Source of the DNA: an uncultured Micavibrio sp.
GTDB taxonomy: Bacteria; Pseudomonadota; Alphaproteobacteria; Micavibrionales; UBA1664
Reading direction: 5' to 3'
Length of the DNA: 64,000 nt
Assembly: GCA_964531715.1 (NCBI GenBank)
Contig: CAZHEE010000001.1
Coordinates: 284,573 to 348,572 of the forward strand
The position numbers were made by a program, and so were the translations under genes. Shown here piece after piece: positions 1 through 8,831 of this stretch. A model generated the notes under the pieces. The model saw nothing but the letters and a program-made list of their open reading frames with translations, did not search any database and was not told the origin of the DNA. Numbering within the stretch: position 1 is the stretch's first letter; each line of letters starts with the position of its first letter.

Positions 1-19
1 TCAGTAAAAATCTGCCGCC

Positions 20-550
20 TTAAACCTTCTCAACCTGACCGTAATCAAGCTCAACAGGGGTTGCACGACCAAAGATAGATACAGAGACTTTCAGTTTCTG
101 CTTCTCCTCATCAATTTCTTCAACCATACCGTTGAAGGACGCAAAAGGCCCGTCAATAACGCGCAATTCCTCGCCAATATCATAAGTCACAGACGGACGT
201 GGAGAGGCAACGCCCTCCTCCATCTGTTTCATCATGGCTTCCGCTTCTTTTTGTGAAATCGGCACAGGTTTTTTACCACCACCGAGGAAGCCCGTGACCT
301 TGTCCGTGTCTTTAATCAAATGCCATGCCGCATCAGACATTTCCATCTTGATGAGGACATAGCCCGGGAAAACACGGCGTTCGGAATTCACCTTCTGCCC
401 GCGTTTCAGCTCGACAACCTCTTCGGTTGGCACAAGAATTTGCTCAATATCCTCGGCAAAGCCTTTCTTCTCGGCCTGCTCTTGAATAGAGGCAGAAATT
501 TTCTGCTCAAATCCGGAATAAACATGTATTACATACCAGCGTGCGGTCAT
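20..550 (-). CDS. nusG: Transcription termination/antitermination factor NusG
   Basis: 176-aa ORF with an NGN-like N-terminus (WYVIHVYSGFE) and a KOW-like C-terminus. It lies immediately downstream of secE, the conserved secE-nusG pairing. Confidence 0.95.
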   Translation of the reverse strand: MTARWYVIHVYSGFEQKISASIQEQAEKKGFAEDIEQILVPTEEVVELKRGQKVNSERRVFPGYVLIKMEMSDAAWHLIKDTDKVTGFLGGGKKPVPISQKEAEAMMKQMEEGVASPRPSVTYDIGEELRVIDGPFASFNGMVEEIDEEKQKLKVSVSIFGRATPVELDYGQVEKV

Positions 551-571
551 TGGTTTCTAGCTCCTTAAAAT

Positions 572-772
572 CTATCCCAAAATCCATTGAATGATGGTTG
601 CCACAATTTGATCGGTCATAAACAGGAAGATTGCGGCAAAAATCACCATAATGAAAACCATAATCGTTGAAATCACGGTTTCTTTGCGTGTCGGCCAAGT
701 CACTTTTTTTATTTCGGCCTTCACCTGCTTCACAAATTGTACCGGCGATGTTTTTTTCTCTGCGTCTGCCAT
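572..772 (-). CDS. secE: Preprotein translocase subunit SecE
   Basis: 66-aa ORF with a basic N-terminus (KQVKAEIKKVTWP) followed by a single TM helix. Located upstream of nusG. Confidence 0.9.
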   Translation of the reverse strand: MADAEKKTSPVQFVKQVKAEIKKVTWPTRKETVISTIMVFIMVIFAAIFLFMTDQIVATIIQWILG

Positions 773-889
773 AATTGACCCCGTATCCTCTATATCGTTC
801 CCCGTCGGCTGCGAACCGCGTACATATCATATCAAAATTTCAGGGAATAATTAGGGTTATAAAGCCAAAATCAAAAATTACAAGCATTT

Positions 890-2512
890 TTAGCGCGTTT
901 GTTTTTTAAGCGCCCATTTGAGCTGAAGGCTTAAATCCTCCATCGTTACTCTCATAACAATTTGGGAAGTTTTACGAATTTTATGCCCGTCATGGCAAAT
1001 AATACTGTCCTCAAGCGAAAGCGTGCCTTGCCCGTCACTATGGAATTGCCACCCCGTACCACCCTGTAATTTAAGGAGAATAGTCTGCCCATCGCCAAGC
1101 ATGGATGCGTTAACCTTCGGATAAAGGTGAAAGCGAAGTGTGATCGGCAAATATTTAAGAGCCGTGTTACGCGTCAGTAAATCCTCACCGCGGCAATCCT
1201 CACCATTCTTATCCAAGTAAAATCGCCGTGTATGAGTGACACCTGTTTGAGTCTCATAGCCGTGATGAGAACCGCAAAAAAGGGCAGCGCCGTTTAAATT
1301 TTCTAATGTTGCTTTGGCGGGTTTTTGGAGCGGTTTTGATACAGCATTCTCAATTACAAGGGCGGAATGCGCGGCACTGTCGGACAGGCTCTCGCGCCAT
1401 TCGGGTGAGGTCATATGAGACCCGCACGAGGTGATAATCCTGCTACTGCCATGCGCTAATTCAAAAGAAAGCGGTGCATTATGAGCGGAAGATGCACCAT
1501 GGTCGATAATGAGCGAAGTTTTACCGTTTTTAATGACTGTATAGCCGAAATTTTCATAGCATTTATTCCCGCGCCGCGCGCGAAAGCCTGAAAGTTTTAT
1601 AACTTGCGTGATGGCATGTTTATGCACACCCACCAAACCTTGAAAATGCGGAAAATCTTTATCGCTATGGTTCAAATTGGCAAGGATATATACCGCCTTT
1701 TCAAGGGCAGAATGTAACCATTTTGGACTTTCCTGCCCAACCTGTTTCAGGCTGTATTTTAATTGTATCAATCTTTGAGAGAATGTAAGAAGTGCGCTTG
1801 GTGAGCGGTCAAGCGTTCCGCCATCGGCATCCGTTATCTCCTCAATCGCGCCTTTTAAAAGCTGGAGATGGCTTGCAAATGATATCGCATCATAAAAATC
1901 CGAACAATGCGACTGGGCAATTAGAACAGCCCAAAGGATGCTAAAACGCTCATCCTCACTGATATTTTGATAGTCTGTCAGGCAATTTAAAAGATGATAA
2001 TAATGCCTGAAAATTAGCTTTTGAAATTGCTCAATAAAATCATCTTGCGCGGCCTCATAGGCAAACGGATAGGCAATCAGCCAGTTTACCAAGCGAACAG
2101 CCGATATTTCAGGCGACCATGTCGCGGGATGATACCGCTCAAAATCATCCATCCAGTTATCGGTTATAAGCCTGGCGGTATGGCGTGCCTCATACCCGCC
2201 GAGAGATTTCAAATCCCTTAAAAAATCAAATTGGTGGAGGTGATTGAAAAATGGTGTGTCTTGCCAGCCCTCGCCTTGAAACCATATGTTCTCATTATGT
2301 TTCATATGAAACATAATACGCAAGCCATTGATATCAATTTGATTATTAACGACCCATTGACCTCGCCCTGCATCGCCCGCGAATAAGTCGGGAGGAAAAC
2401 CTGTTAATTCCAAAGCCTCAATCGGCTTGCCCAGTGAGGCCGTGTAAACAGGGCTGAGCATGCGGATGGATGATGTCCGATGACCCAAATTTTTGAGCCA
2501 TTGCGATGCCAT
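890..2512 (-). CDS. Heparinase II/III family protein
   Basis: 540-aa ORF. The C-terminal part carries the HNAPLSFEL...G motif pattern recalled from heparinase II/III-like proteins common in Alphaproteobacteria. Confidence 0.6.
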   Translation of the reverse strand: MASQWLKNLGHRTSSIRMLSPVYTASLGKPIEALELTGFPPDLFAGDAGRGQWVVNNQIDINGLRIMFHMKHNENIWFQGEGWQDTPFFNHLHQFDFLRDLKSLGGYEARHTARLITDNWMDDFERYHPATWSPEISAVRLVNWLIAYPFAYEAAQDDFIEQFQKLIFRHYYHLLNCLTDYQNISEDERFSILWAVLIAQSHCSDFYDAISFASHLQLLKGAIEEITDADGGTLDRSPSALLTFSQRLIQLKYSLKQVGQESPKWLHSALEKAVYILANLNHSDKDFPHFQGLVGVHKHAITQVIKLSGFRARRGNKCYENFGYTVIKNGKTSLIIDHGASSAHNAPLSFELAHGSSRIITSCGSHMTSPEWRESLSDSAAHSALVIENAVSKPLQKPAKATLENLNGAALFCGSHHGYETQTGVTHTRRFYLDKNGEDCRGEDLLTRNTALKYLPITLRFHLYPKVNASMLGDGQTILLKLQGGTGWQFHSDGQGTLSLEDSIICHDGHKIRKTSQIVMRVTMEDLSLQLKWALKKQTR

Positions 2513-2515
2513 GCC

Positions 2516-3166
2516 TTACCCTTTCAGCGCGTTGATACGCGTGGCATATTCATCTGCACCACCCTTAAACACATAGGAACCTGAGACAAGCACATCCGCG
2601 CCGGCCTCAATAACTTTCGGTGCAGTAATATCCGTAATACCGCCATCAACCTGTAAATCTATCATACGACCTGTCGCCTTAATTTTCTCACGCACCGCAG
2701 CGATTTTATCCTCTAAAGCGATATAGCTTTGCCCACCAAATCCCGGATTGACGGTCATCACCAAAATCAAATCAACCAAATCCATAATATGGTCAAGCGC
2801 ATGCATTGGCGTTGCAGGGTTGAGCGCAATGCCTGCCTTTTTTCCAGTCTGGCGAATGTGTTGTAGGACGCGATGCGTATGCTTATCGGCCTCGGCATGG
2901 ATTGTAATAATATCCGCCCCGGCTTTAGCAAAGGCCTCGATATAAGGCGCGGTCGGGTCAATCATCAAATGTACATCAAAAATTTTATCGGTATGCGGGC
3001 GCATTGCCTTAATAACAGGCGGACCAAACGTCATATTCGGTACAAAATGACCGTCCATCACATCAAGATGGATATAATCCGCCCCTGCCGCGTCAATTGC
3101 TTTTAACTCACTCTCCAGATTGGAAAAGTCGCAAGACAACATGGATGGTGCAATTTTAACTGTCAT
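2516..3166 (-). CDS. rpe: Ribulose-phosphate 3-epimerase
   Basis: 216-aa ORF with PSMLSCDF, HLDVMDGHFVPN and VDGGI motifs typical of Rpe. Confidence 0.95.
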   Translation of the reverse strand: MTVKIAPSMLSCDFSNLESELKAIDAAGADYIHLDVMDGHFVPNMTFGPPVIKAMRPHTDKIFDVHLMIDPTAPYIEAFAKAGADIITIHAEADKHTHRVLQHIRQTGKKAGIALNPATPMHALDHIMDLVDLILVMTVNPGFGGQSYIALEDKIAAVREKIKATGRMIDLQVDGGITDITAPKVIEAGADVLVSGSYVFKGGADEYATRINALKG

Positions 3167-3633
3167 GATGTTTCACCTTTTTGCTCTGCCTTTTTATGCC
3201 ATTGCCCGCCCTCATCCTGCTGCCAATAGGTTAAATCATAACCGGCCTCTTTATAAGATTTCCAACGGTCGCGTCCTTGCGCGACCATATCCGACACACG
3301 CCCGTCCAGCATTTCACAAACCAGAGCATAATTGCTCAAATTGTCTGCTGCCACACCGCCAGTCAGAATAAGGATATCCGCTTGATTCACATTGTCATCA
3401 CTTTGGCGAATGAGGACATGCTGCTTGTCTGCTTTCGGTTCACTCTCAACCCCATGCGGCAGGAAACTGTTCGGATGATACGCCCACAGCAAATCGTCAA
3501 AGTCACGACAAGCAGTCTCATCCCTTGCCTTAATCGCAACTTTTTTACCCGATTGATAGGCTTTTTGTGCAATCGCGGGGAGCGATTTTTCAAGCGGGCT
3601 GACCTCCATATGATAAAAGCGGATTTCGGTCAT
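3163..3633 (-). CDS. holC: DNA polymerase III chi subunit
   Basis: 156-aa ORF with the FYH...LLW...FLPHG pattern of chi. It sits downstream of pepA as in the E. coli pepA-holC arrangement and has a 4-nt overlap with rpe. Confidence 0.85.
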   Translation of the reverse strand: MTEIRFYHMEVSPLEKSLPAIAQKAYQSGKKVAIKARDETACRDFDDLLWAYHPNSFLPHGVESEPKADKQHVLIRQSDDNVNQADILILTGGVAADNLSNYALVCEMLDGRVSDMVAQGRDRWKSYKEAGYDLTYWQQDEGGQWHKKAEQKGETS

Positions 3634-3636
3634 AAG

Positions 3637-5097
3637 TTATTGCGACGCCACCCAGTGATAGAGCGCACGAACGCCAAATCCCGTCGCCCCTTTCGGGCAA
3701 ATTGCGCTGTCTTCCTTTTGCCACGCCGTTCCTGCAATATCCAAATGCGCCCAAGGCCTGTCTTCAGTTACAAAACGTTGTAGAAAAACTGCCGCCGTTG
3801 ATGCGCCTGCATATGGATTATTTCCAAGGTTCGCCATATCAGCGATTTGTGAGTCAATCTGCTTATCAAAATCATCATTGACCGGCAGGGGCCAAAAGGC
3901 ATCACCAGATACATCGCCAAGCGTCCAAAACTCATTTTGCAAATCATCATTATTGGTGAAAACACCAGCGATTTTCAAGCCCAATGCCGCCATACATGCC
4001 CCTGTCAATGTTGCCATATCGACAATCTTCTTCGGGTCATATTTATCCTGAATATATGTCATCGCATCGGCGAGGCAAAGCCGACCTTCCGCATCCGTAT
4101 TCATCACCTCAATTGTTTGCCCTGATAAGGATGTAATCACATCATCGACGCGGTAACCATTCCCCGCAATCATATTCTCGGCAAGGGCGACCGCACCAAC
4201 CACATGCTGTTTAATACCATTCGCGGCAAGCGCCTTAAATGCACCGACAACTGCGGCTGATCCACCCATATCCATCTTCATTGTGTTCATGGCATTACGT
4301 GGTTTTAATGAATACCCGCCCGTGTCAAATGTGACGCCCTTTCCAATTAAAGCAAGCGGTTTATCATTTTTATCCTTTTTCTGACGCCCATCATATTCAA
4401 GGATGACAAGCCGTGGTTGACGCTCTGACGCTTTACCAACAGCCATAATCGCGCCTGCACCCATTTTTTCTAATTTTTTCTCATCCAAAACAGTCACTTT
4501 AACAGGTAAGCCCTTGAGTTCTTTCGTAATTATCTCGGCATAAGATTGCGGATAGAGTATATTTGGCGGCTCATTCACAAAATCACGCGCGGTCATAACC
4601 GCATCAGACAAGGTTTTCATTGGTGCGAACGCTTTTTCTGCTGCGTCCTTATCATCCGACTCAACGGTCAAAGTTATTGGCGCATCCTTATCACCCTTTG
4701 TTTTATATTTCTCAAAATCATAAGAACGTAAGTAAAAGCCGTTAATAAAGGCCGTCGTGAATTTTTGGTCATCACAAGCATGCACTTTTGCAGCCGCGAT
4801 CTTTTGCTTTTTTAAGTATGAAAATAATCCACCCCCTGCCACCTCAACAGCATTTTTACTTTCCGCTTTTTTAACAGGCACAAGGATAGTACGGCATAGC
4901 TCGCCCTCTCTATCACTTGAACACTCAACAATAGGCCATTGATTATCATCATATTTTTTGAATTGTAATTTAAAATAACTAAAAAGCTTTTCAGGCAAAT
5001 CATTTGCCAGTTTTTCAAAATCACTTTGTGCAAAAGGAATGATAACGACATCGCACGCATTTTCTTGTATTTTGATGAATTGAATTTCTGCAACCAT
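3637..5097 (-). CDS. pepA: Leucyl aminopeptidase (M17)
   Basis: M17 motifs are present (NTDAEGRL, VGKGVTFDTGG). The ORF track starts at 5211, but the ATG at 5097 (MVAEIQF) has a GAGGA-type RBS and avoids overlap with the divergent lptF. Confidence 0.9.
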   Translation of the reverse strand: MVAEIQFIKIQENACDVVIIPFAQSDFEKLANDLPEKLFSYFKLQFKKYDDNQWPIVECSSDREGELCRTILVPVKKAESKNAVEVAGGGLFSYLKKQKIAAAKVHACDDQKFTTAFINGFYLRSYDFEKYKTKGDKDAPITLTVESDDKDAAEKAFAPMKTLSDAVMTARDFVNEPPNILYPQSYAEIITKELKGLPVKVTVLDEKKLEKMGAGAIMAVGKASERQPRLVILEYDGRQKKDKNDKPLALIGKGVTFDTGGYSLKPRNAMNTMKMDMGGSAAVVGAFKALAANGIKQHVVGAVALAENMIAGNGYRVDDVITSLSGQTIEVMNTDAEGRLCLADAMTYIQDKYDPKKIVDMATLTGACMAALGLKIAGVFTNNDDLQNEFWTLGDVSGDAFWPLPVNDDFDKQIDSQIADMANLGNNPYAGASTAAVFLQRFVTEDRPWAHLDIAGTAWQKEDSAICPKGATGFGVRALYHWVASQ

Positions 5098-5171
5098 TCC
5101 TCTATCCTTTATTTCATGAATTTTAATCAGTATAGCGGGTTCAATGCCGCATTCAAGGGCATTCAATAAAC

Positions 5172-6272
5172 ATGCCGACACTCTTTGACCGTTATGTGAT
5201 GGGGTTGACACTTGTGACCACGATAATCATCGCGCTATCGCTGACCCTCATCATTTTGTTGACGCAATCCATTCGATATCTTGAGCTGGTCATCAGCGCG
5301 GATGCATCACCTACCTATTTCCTTATTATGATCGCCTATGCCGTGCCAAAATTTCTGGAGGCTATTCTCCCGCTTGCATTCGCTATCGCAACGATTTATT
5401 GCGCACAAAGGCTCATTGCAGATCGCGAAACCATTATCATGGCGGCGGCGGGCAACCCTGTCACCACTTTCGGAAAAGGGTTTATTCTGTCCGCATTTAT
5501 TCTTATGCTATTTCAGTTTGCGCTCTCAGGCTGGCTCTCCCCCATGGCAGTCTCGGATTTGCAGGACACACGCGCCGATGTCAAAAGCCATTACGCAACA
5601 CTTGCATTCCGTGAAGGTGTCTTTAATAATTTCGGTAATGGCTTAACCGCCTATGTTGAGAAACGTCAAGGCATAAATGAGCTTTTAAACCTTATGATTC
5701 ATGATGATACGGGAAGCCTGAATGAAGGTGTGAAAACAACGATTTTGGCAAAGCGCGGTATTGTGAATTTGACAGATAATAACCAACAGCTTTTGATTTA
5801 TGACGGCACGCAATATCAGGAAAATATGGCGAGCGGGCAGATCTCCCGCCTTGATTTTGAGCAATATAGCCTCGATATACCGACACAGGAAACGGCACTT
5901 ACCCCGCGCTGGCGGGAACCTGATGAGCGAACATTTCCGAAATTGTTTATCACAGATACGTCCAGCGATACCGATATCCGGAACAAAGATTCATTTACGG
6001 CAGAAATTCATAAGCGGATAACAACGCCTATGCTTTACTTGGCCTTTACCTTGTCCATTTTAGTTATTATGTTTTTAGGCAGCTGGAACCGGCGGAGGCA
6101 AACCGCCCCACTCATCCAAGCGGCGATTGTTGTTATCATGATACAGGCCCTTCATATTGGGCTGTTTAGCGCGGCGCAAGATAATCCATACTTGAATATC
6201 CTGCCTTATATCATTGTGTTTATACCAATTATTTTCGGAATCGTGCGACTGCGCTTTCATGCAAGGAATTGA
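5172..6272 (+). CDS. lptF: LPS export ABC transporter permease LptF
   Basis: 366-aa multi-pass membrane ORF of LptF/LptG type, divergent from pepA as in E. coli. Confidence 0.8.
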   Translation: MPTLFDRYVMGLTLVTTIIIALSLTLIILLTQSIRYLELVISADASPTYFLIMIAYAVPKFLEAILPLAFAIATIYCAQRLIADRETIIMAAAGNPVTTFGKGFILSAFILMLFQFALSGWLSPMAVSDLQDTRADVKSHYATLAFREGVFNNFGNGLTAYVEKRQGINELLNLMIHDDTGSLNEGVKTTILAKRGIVNLTDNNQQLLIYDGTQYQENMASGQISRLDFEQYSLDIPTQETALTPRWREPDERTFPKLFITDTSSDTDIRNKDSFTAEIHKRITTPMLYLAFTLSILVIMFLGSWNRRRQTAPLIQAAIVVIMIQALHIGLFSAAQDNPYLNILPYIIVFIPIIFGIVRLRFHARN

Positions 6273-6301
6273 AAACCATTTATCTATCTTTAAAGCTAAG
6301 C

Positions 6302-8410
6302 CTAAATACTCCCCATCGTTCTGATTTGAGCCTTCGCGTGAATTTCGTTTTGCGACATCACCCCCGTTTGCGGACGGAAGCGTTCAATCACTGTACGCAT
6401 ATAAGGGCGAACAGGCGGAGAGGTCACAATCACGGGGTTAAGGCCTTGTGTGCCGAATGTGTCATAGGCCTCGCTCACACGTTTGATAAATTCCTGTAAT
6501 TTGGTTGGTGCCATGGCGAGCTGCCGCTCCTCCGCATCACCAATCAGGCTTTCCAAAAAGGCTTGCTCCCACTCCGCGCTTAAAGTCACGAGCTGTAGGA
6601 CACCATCCGCATTTGCATATTGATTGCAAAGCTGCCGTGCCAGACGCGCACGCACATGTTCAGTCATCAGTGCAATATTCTTTGTATGATTGGCGGCCTC
6701 GGCAATGCCTTCCAAAATGGTTGCAAGGTCACGAATTGAAACACGCTCCGCCAATAAATTTTGTAAAATCCGCTGGAGAGCCGTGACTGAAATTTGGGAC
6801 GGCACGACATCGGCAACAAGCTTCTGATATTGCTCGGGCATTTCATCAAGCAGTTTTTGGGTTTCGGTGTAGGAGAGTAAATCCTGCATATTATCCTTGA
6901 TAATCTCGGTCAAATGCGTGGTCACAACCGTTGCGGCATCAACAACCGTATACCCCTTGAAGTTTGCTTCATCACGGTATTGATCATCAATCCACATGGC
7001 GGGTAACCCAAATGTAGGCTCTGTCGTTTGCTCCCCCGGTAGGGTAATCGGCTCACCATTCGGATCCATGCATAAGAACATGCCGGGGCGCACACTTGAC
7101 CCGCCTGCCGAAATTTCCTTGATCCGCACGGCGTAGTCATTGGCCTGAAGCTGTAGATTATCCTGAATCCGAACGGACGGCAGGATGAATCCCATCTCCT
7201 CCGCCAGTTGCCGCCGTAAACCCTTAATTTGGTCGGTCAGTTTATTCCCCGTCTCTGCATTGACAAGTGGTAAGAGCCCATAACCAAGTTCAAGCCGTAT
7301 TGTATCCATCGCAAGCGTTTGTGATATCGGTTCCTCCGTAGGTTTGGCGAGGGCTTGTTTATCATCATGTTCGAGGGCGAGGGCTTTTTCATCATCCGCC
7401 AGTTGAATATTACGCATGGTCAACCACGCTACACCGCCCGCAATGGCGCCGAGAAGTAGGAAAGGGAAAGGCGGTATACCTGGCAGGAGGGCTAACACAA
7501 CCATCAAAACTGAGGTGAGTGCGAGCGCTCTCGGATACTTCCCGAATTGTGTAAAAAGTGCCTTTTGAGTCGTACCTGCGACCCCGCCTTTGGACACGAG
7601 CAAGCCTGCCGCAATAGAAACGATAAGCGCAGGTATCTGGCTCACCAATCCATCACCCACAGTCAACATAGTATAGCTGCTTGCCGCCTCGCCAAGCGAT
7701 AGCCCCATTTGCGCCGTACCGATGATAATTCCGCCGATAATATTTATGAGTGTGATCAGCAACCCTGCAATCGCGTCACCACGCACGAATTTCGCCGCAC
7801 CATCCATGCTCCCGTAAAAATTGCTTTCCTCTTCCAAGGTTTTGCGGCGTTCGCGGGCTTCATCTTCGGTGATAAGCCCGGAGGACATATCGGAATCAAT
7901 CGCCATTTGCTTGCCCGGCATGGCGTCGAGAGAGAATCGTGCGGCGACCTCGGCAATTCGTCCTGAACCCTTTGTAATCACAACAAAATTGACAAGAATC
8001 AGGATTGAAAAGACGATCAGGCCGATAACGAAATTATCCTGCATGATGAAGCCACCAAACGCGCCGATAACATCCCCCGCCGCCATGGGTCCTTCATGCC
8101 CGTGAGCAAGGATAAGGCGAGTCGAGGCCAGATTGAGCGCGAGCCTGAGCATCGTCGCAATGAGGAGAACAGTCGGAAAAGTCGAAAAATCAAGCGGTTT
8201 TTCTAGAAATAAAACAGTCATCAAAATCATGACGGACAGGGTCATGGAAAGCGCAAGCGACATGTCCAACAGCCATGTCGGCATCGGAAAAATCAGGACA
8301 GTGATAATCGCGATAATACCAAGCGCAAGCATGATATCCCCTCGAAAAATCGAGGAACGAATACCTGAAATTGAAAAATCCATACCTCTTGAGGGTTGTT
8401 GTTCTGCCAT
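6302..8410 (-). CDS. flhA: Flagellar biosynthesis protein FlhA
   Basis: 702-aa ORF with an N-terminal TM domain, the FHIPEP-type segment (GGFIMQDNFVIGLIVF...VVITKGSGRIAEVAARFSLDAMPGKQMAID) and a large cytoplasmic domain. Confidence 0.95.
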   Translation of the reverse strand: MAEQQPSRGMDFSISGIRSSIFRGDIMLALGIIAIITVLIFPMPTWLLDMSLALSMTLSVMILMTVLFLEKPLDFSTFPTVLLIATMLRLALNLASTRLILAHGHEGPMAAGDVIGAFGGFIMQDNFVIGLIVFSILILVNFVVITKGSGRIAEVAARFSLDAMPGKQMAIDSDMSSGLITEDEARERRKTLEEESNFYGSMDGAAKFVRGDAIAGLLITLINIIGGIIIGTAQMGLSLGEAASSYTMLTVGDGLVSQIPALIVSIAAGLLVSKGGVAGTTQKALFTQFGKYPRALALTSVLMVVLALLPGIPPFPFLLLGAIAGGVAWLTMRNIQLADDEKALALEHDDKQALAKPTEEPISQTLAMDTIRLELGYGLLPLVNAETGNKLTDQIKGLRRQLAEEMGFILPSVRIQDNLQLQANDYAVRIKEISAGGSSVRPGMFLCMDPNGEPITLPGEQTTEPTFGLPAMWIDDQYRDEANFKGYTVVDAATVVTTHLTEIIKDNMQDLLSYTETQKLLDEMPEQYQKLVADVVPSQISVTALQRILQNLLAERVSIRDLATILEGIAEAANHTKNIALMTEHVRARLARQLCNQYANADGVLQLVTLSAEWEQAFLESLIGDAEERQLAMAPTKLQEFIKRVSEAYDTFGTQGLNPVIVTSPPVRPYMRTVIERFRPQTGVMSQNEIHAKAQIRTMGSI

Positions 8411-8474
8411 AAAAACAGTTTACGGGAAAAGGCAGGCTTTGAGAATTGTATAAATTTGCAATTTATCTCATTAA

Positions 8475-8831
8475 ATGCTTATATTAATTATGTTATCAAA
8501 TTTGTCGCAAAAATTTTTAGCGGGAACCTGCGCTTTAGGTGCGGCAGTAGCCTATGGTTTATATGCGGGATATGCTGGTGAGCATTTTCATTGGGCTGTT
8601 AATGGCATTATTGGTGCATGCTTAGGTGTAATAGCTGCAACTTCATTTTTGCTTAGTCGATATAACGGTCAACGTAATCCTATTGCTTTTTTAGCTGTGA
8701 CCTATCCAGCATCAGGTTTTGGTGCAATGGCAATGGATGATGCTATCCGATTATTTGATGTCGACAATTTTACGGGTATAATTGAAACCGCAAGTGCTGC
8801 AGCGTCAAAAATTGCACTCGTTTTAAACTGA
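8475..8831 (+). CDS. Hypothetical small membrane protein
   Basis: 118-aa ORF with 2-3 hydrophobic helices. It fills the gap between flhA and dxs on the opposite strand, and its stop overlaps the dxs 3' end by 9 nt. No recognisable family. Confidence 0.4.
   Translation: MLILIMLSNLSQKFLAGTCALGAAVAYGLYAGYAGEHFHWAVNGIIGACLGVIAATSFLLSRYNGQRNPIAFLAVTYPASGFGAMAMDDAIRLFDVDNFTGIIETASAAASKIALVLN

Noticed and set aside
773-889. Looked for the tRNA-Trp that often precedes secE
   Set aside because: No cloverleaf-compatible sequence (acceptor, T-arm, GTTC-type loop) could be folded from this spacer on either strand.
5098-5211. The 38-aa N-terminal extension of pepA in the ORF track
   Set aside because: It would overlap the divergent lptF start. 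The residues do not resemble M17 N-termini, and the ATG at 5097 has a good RBS.
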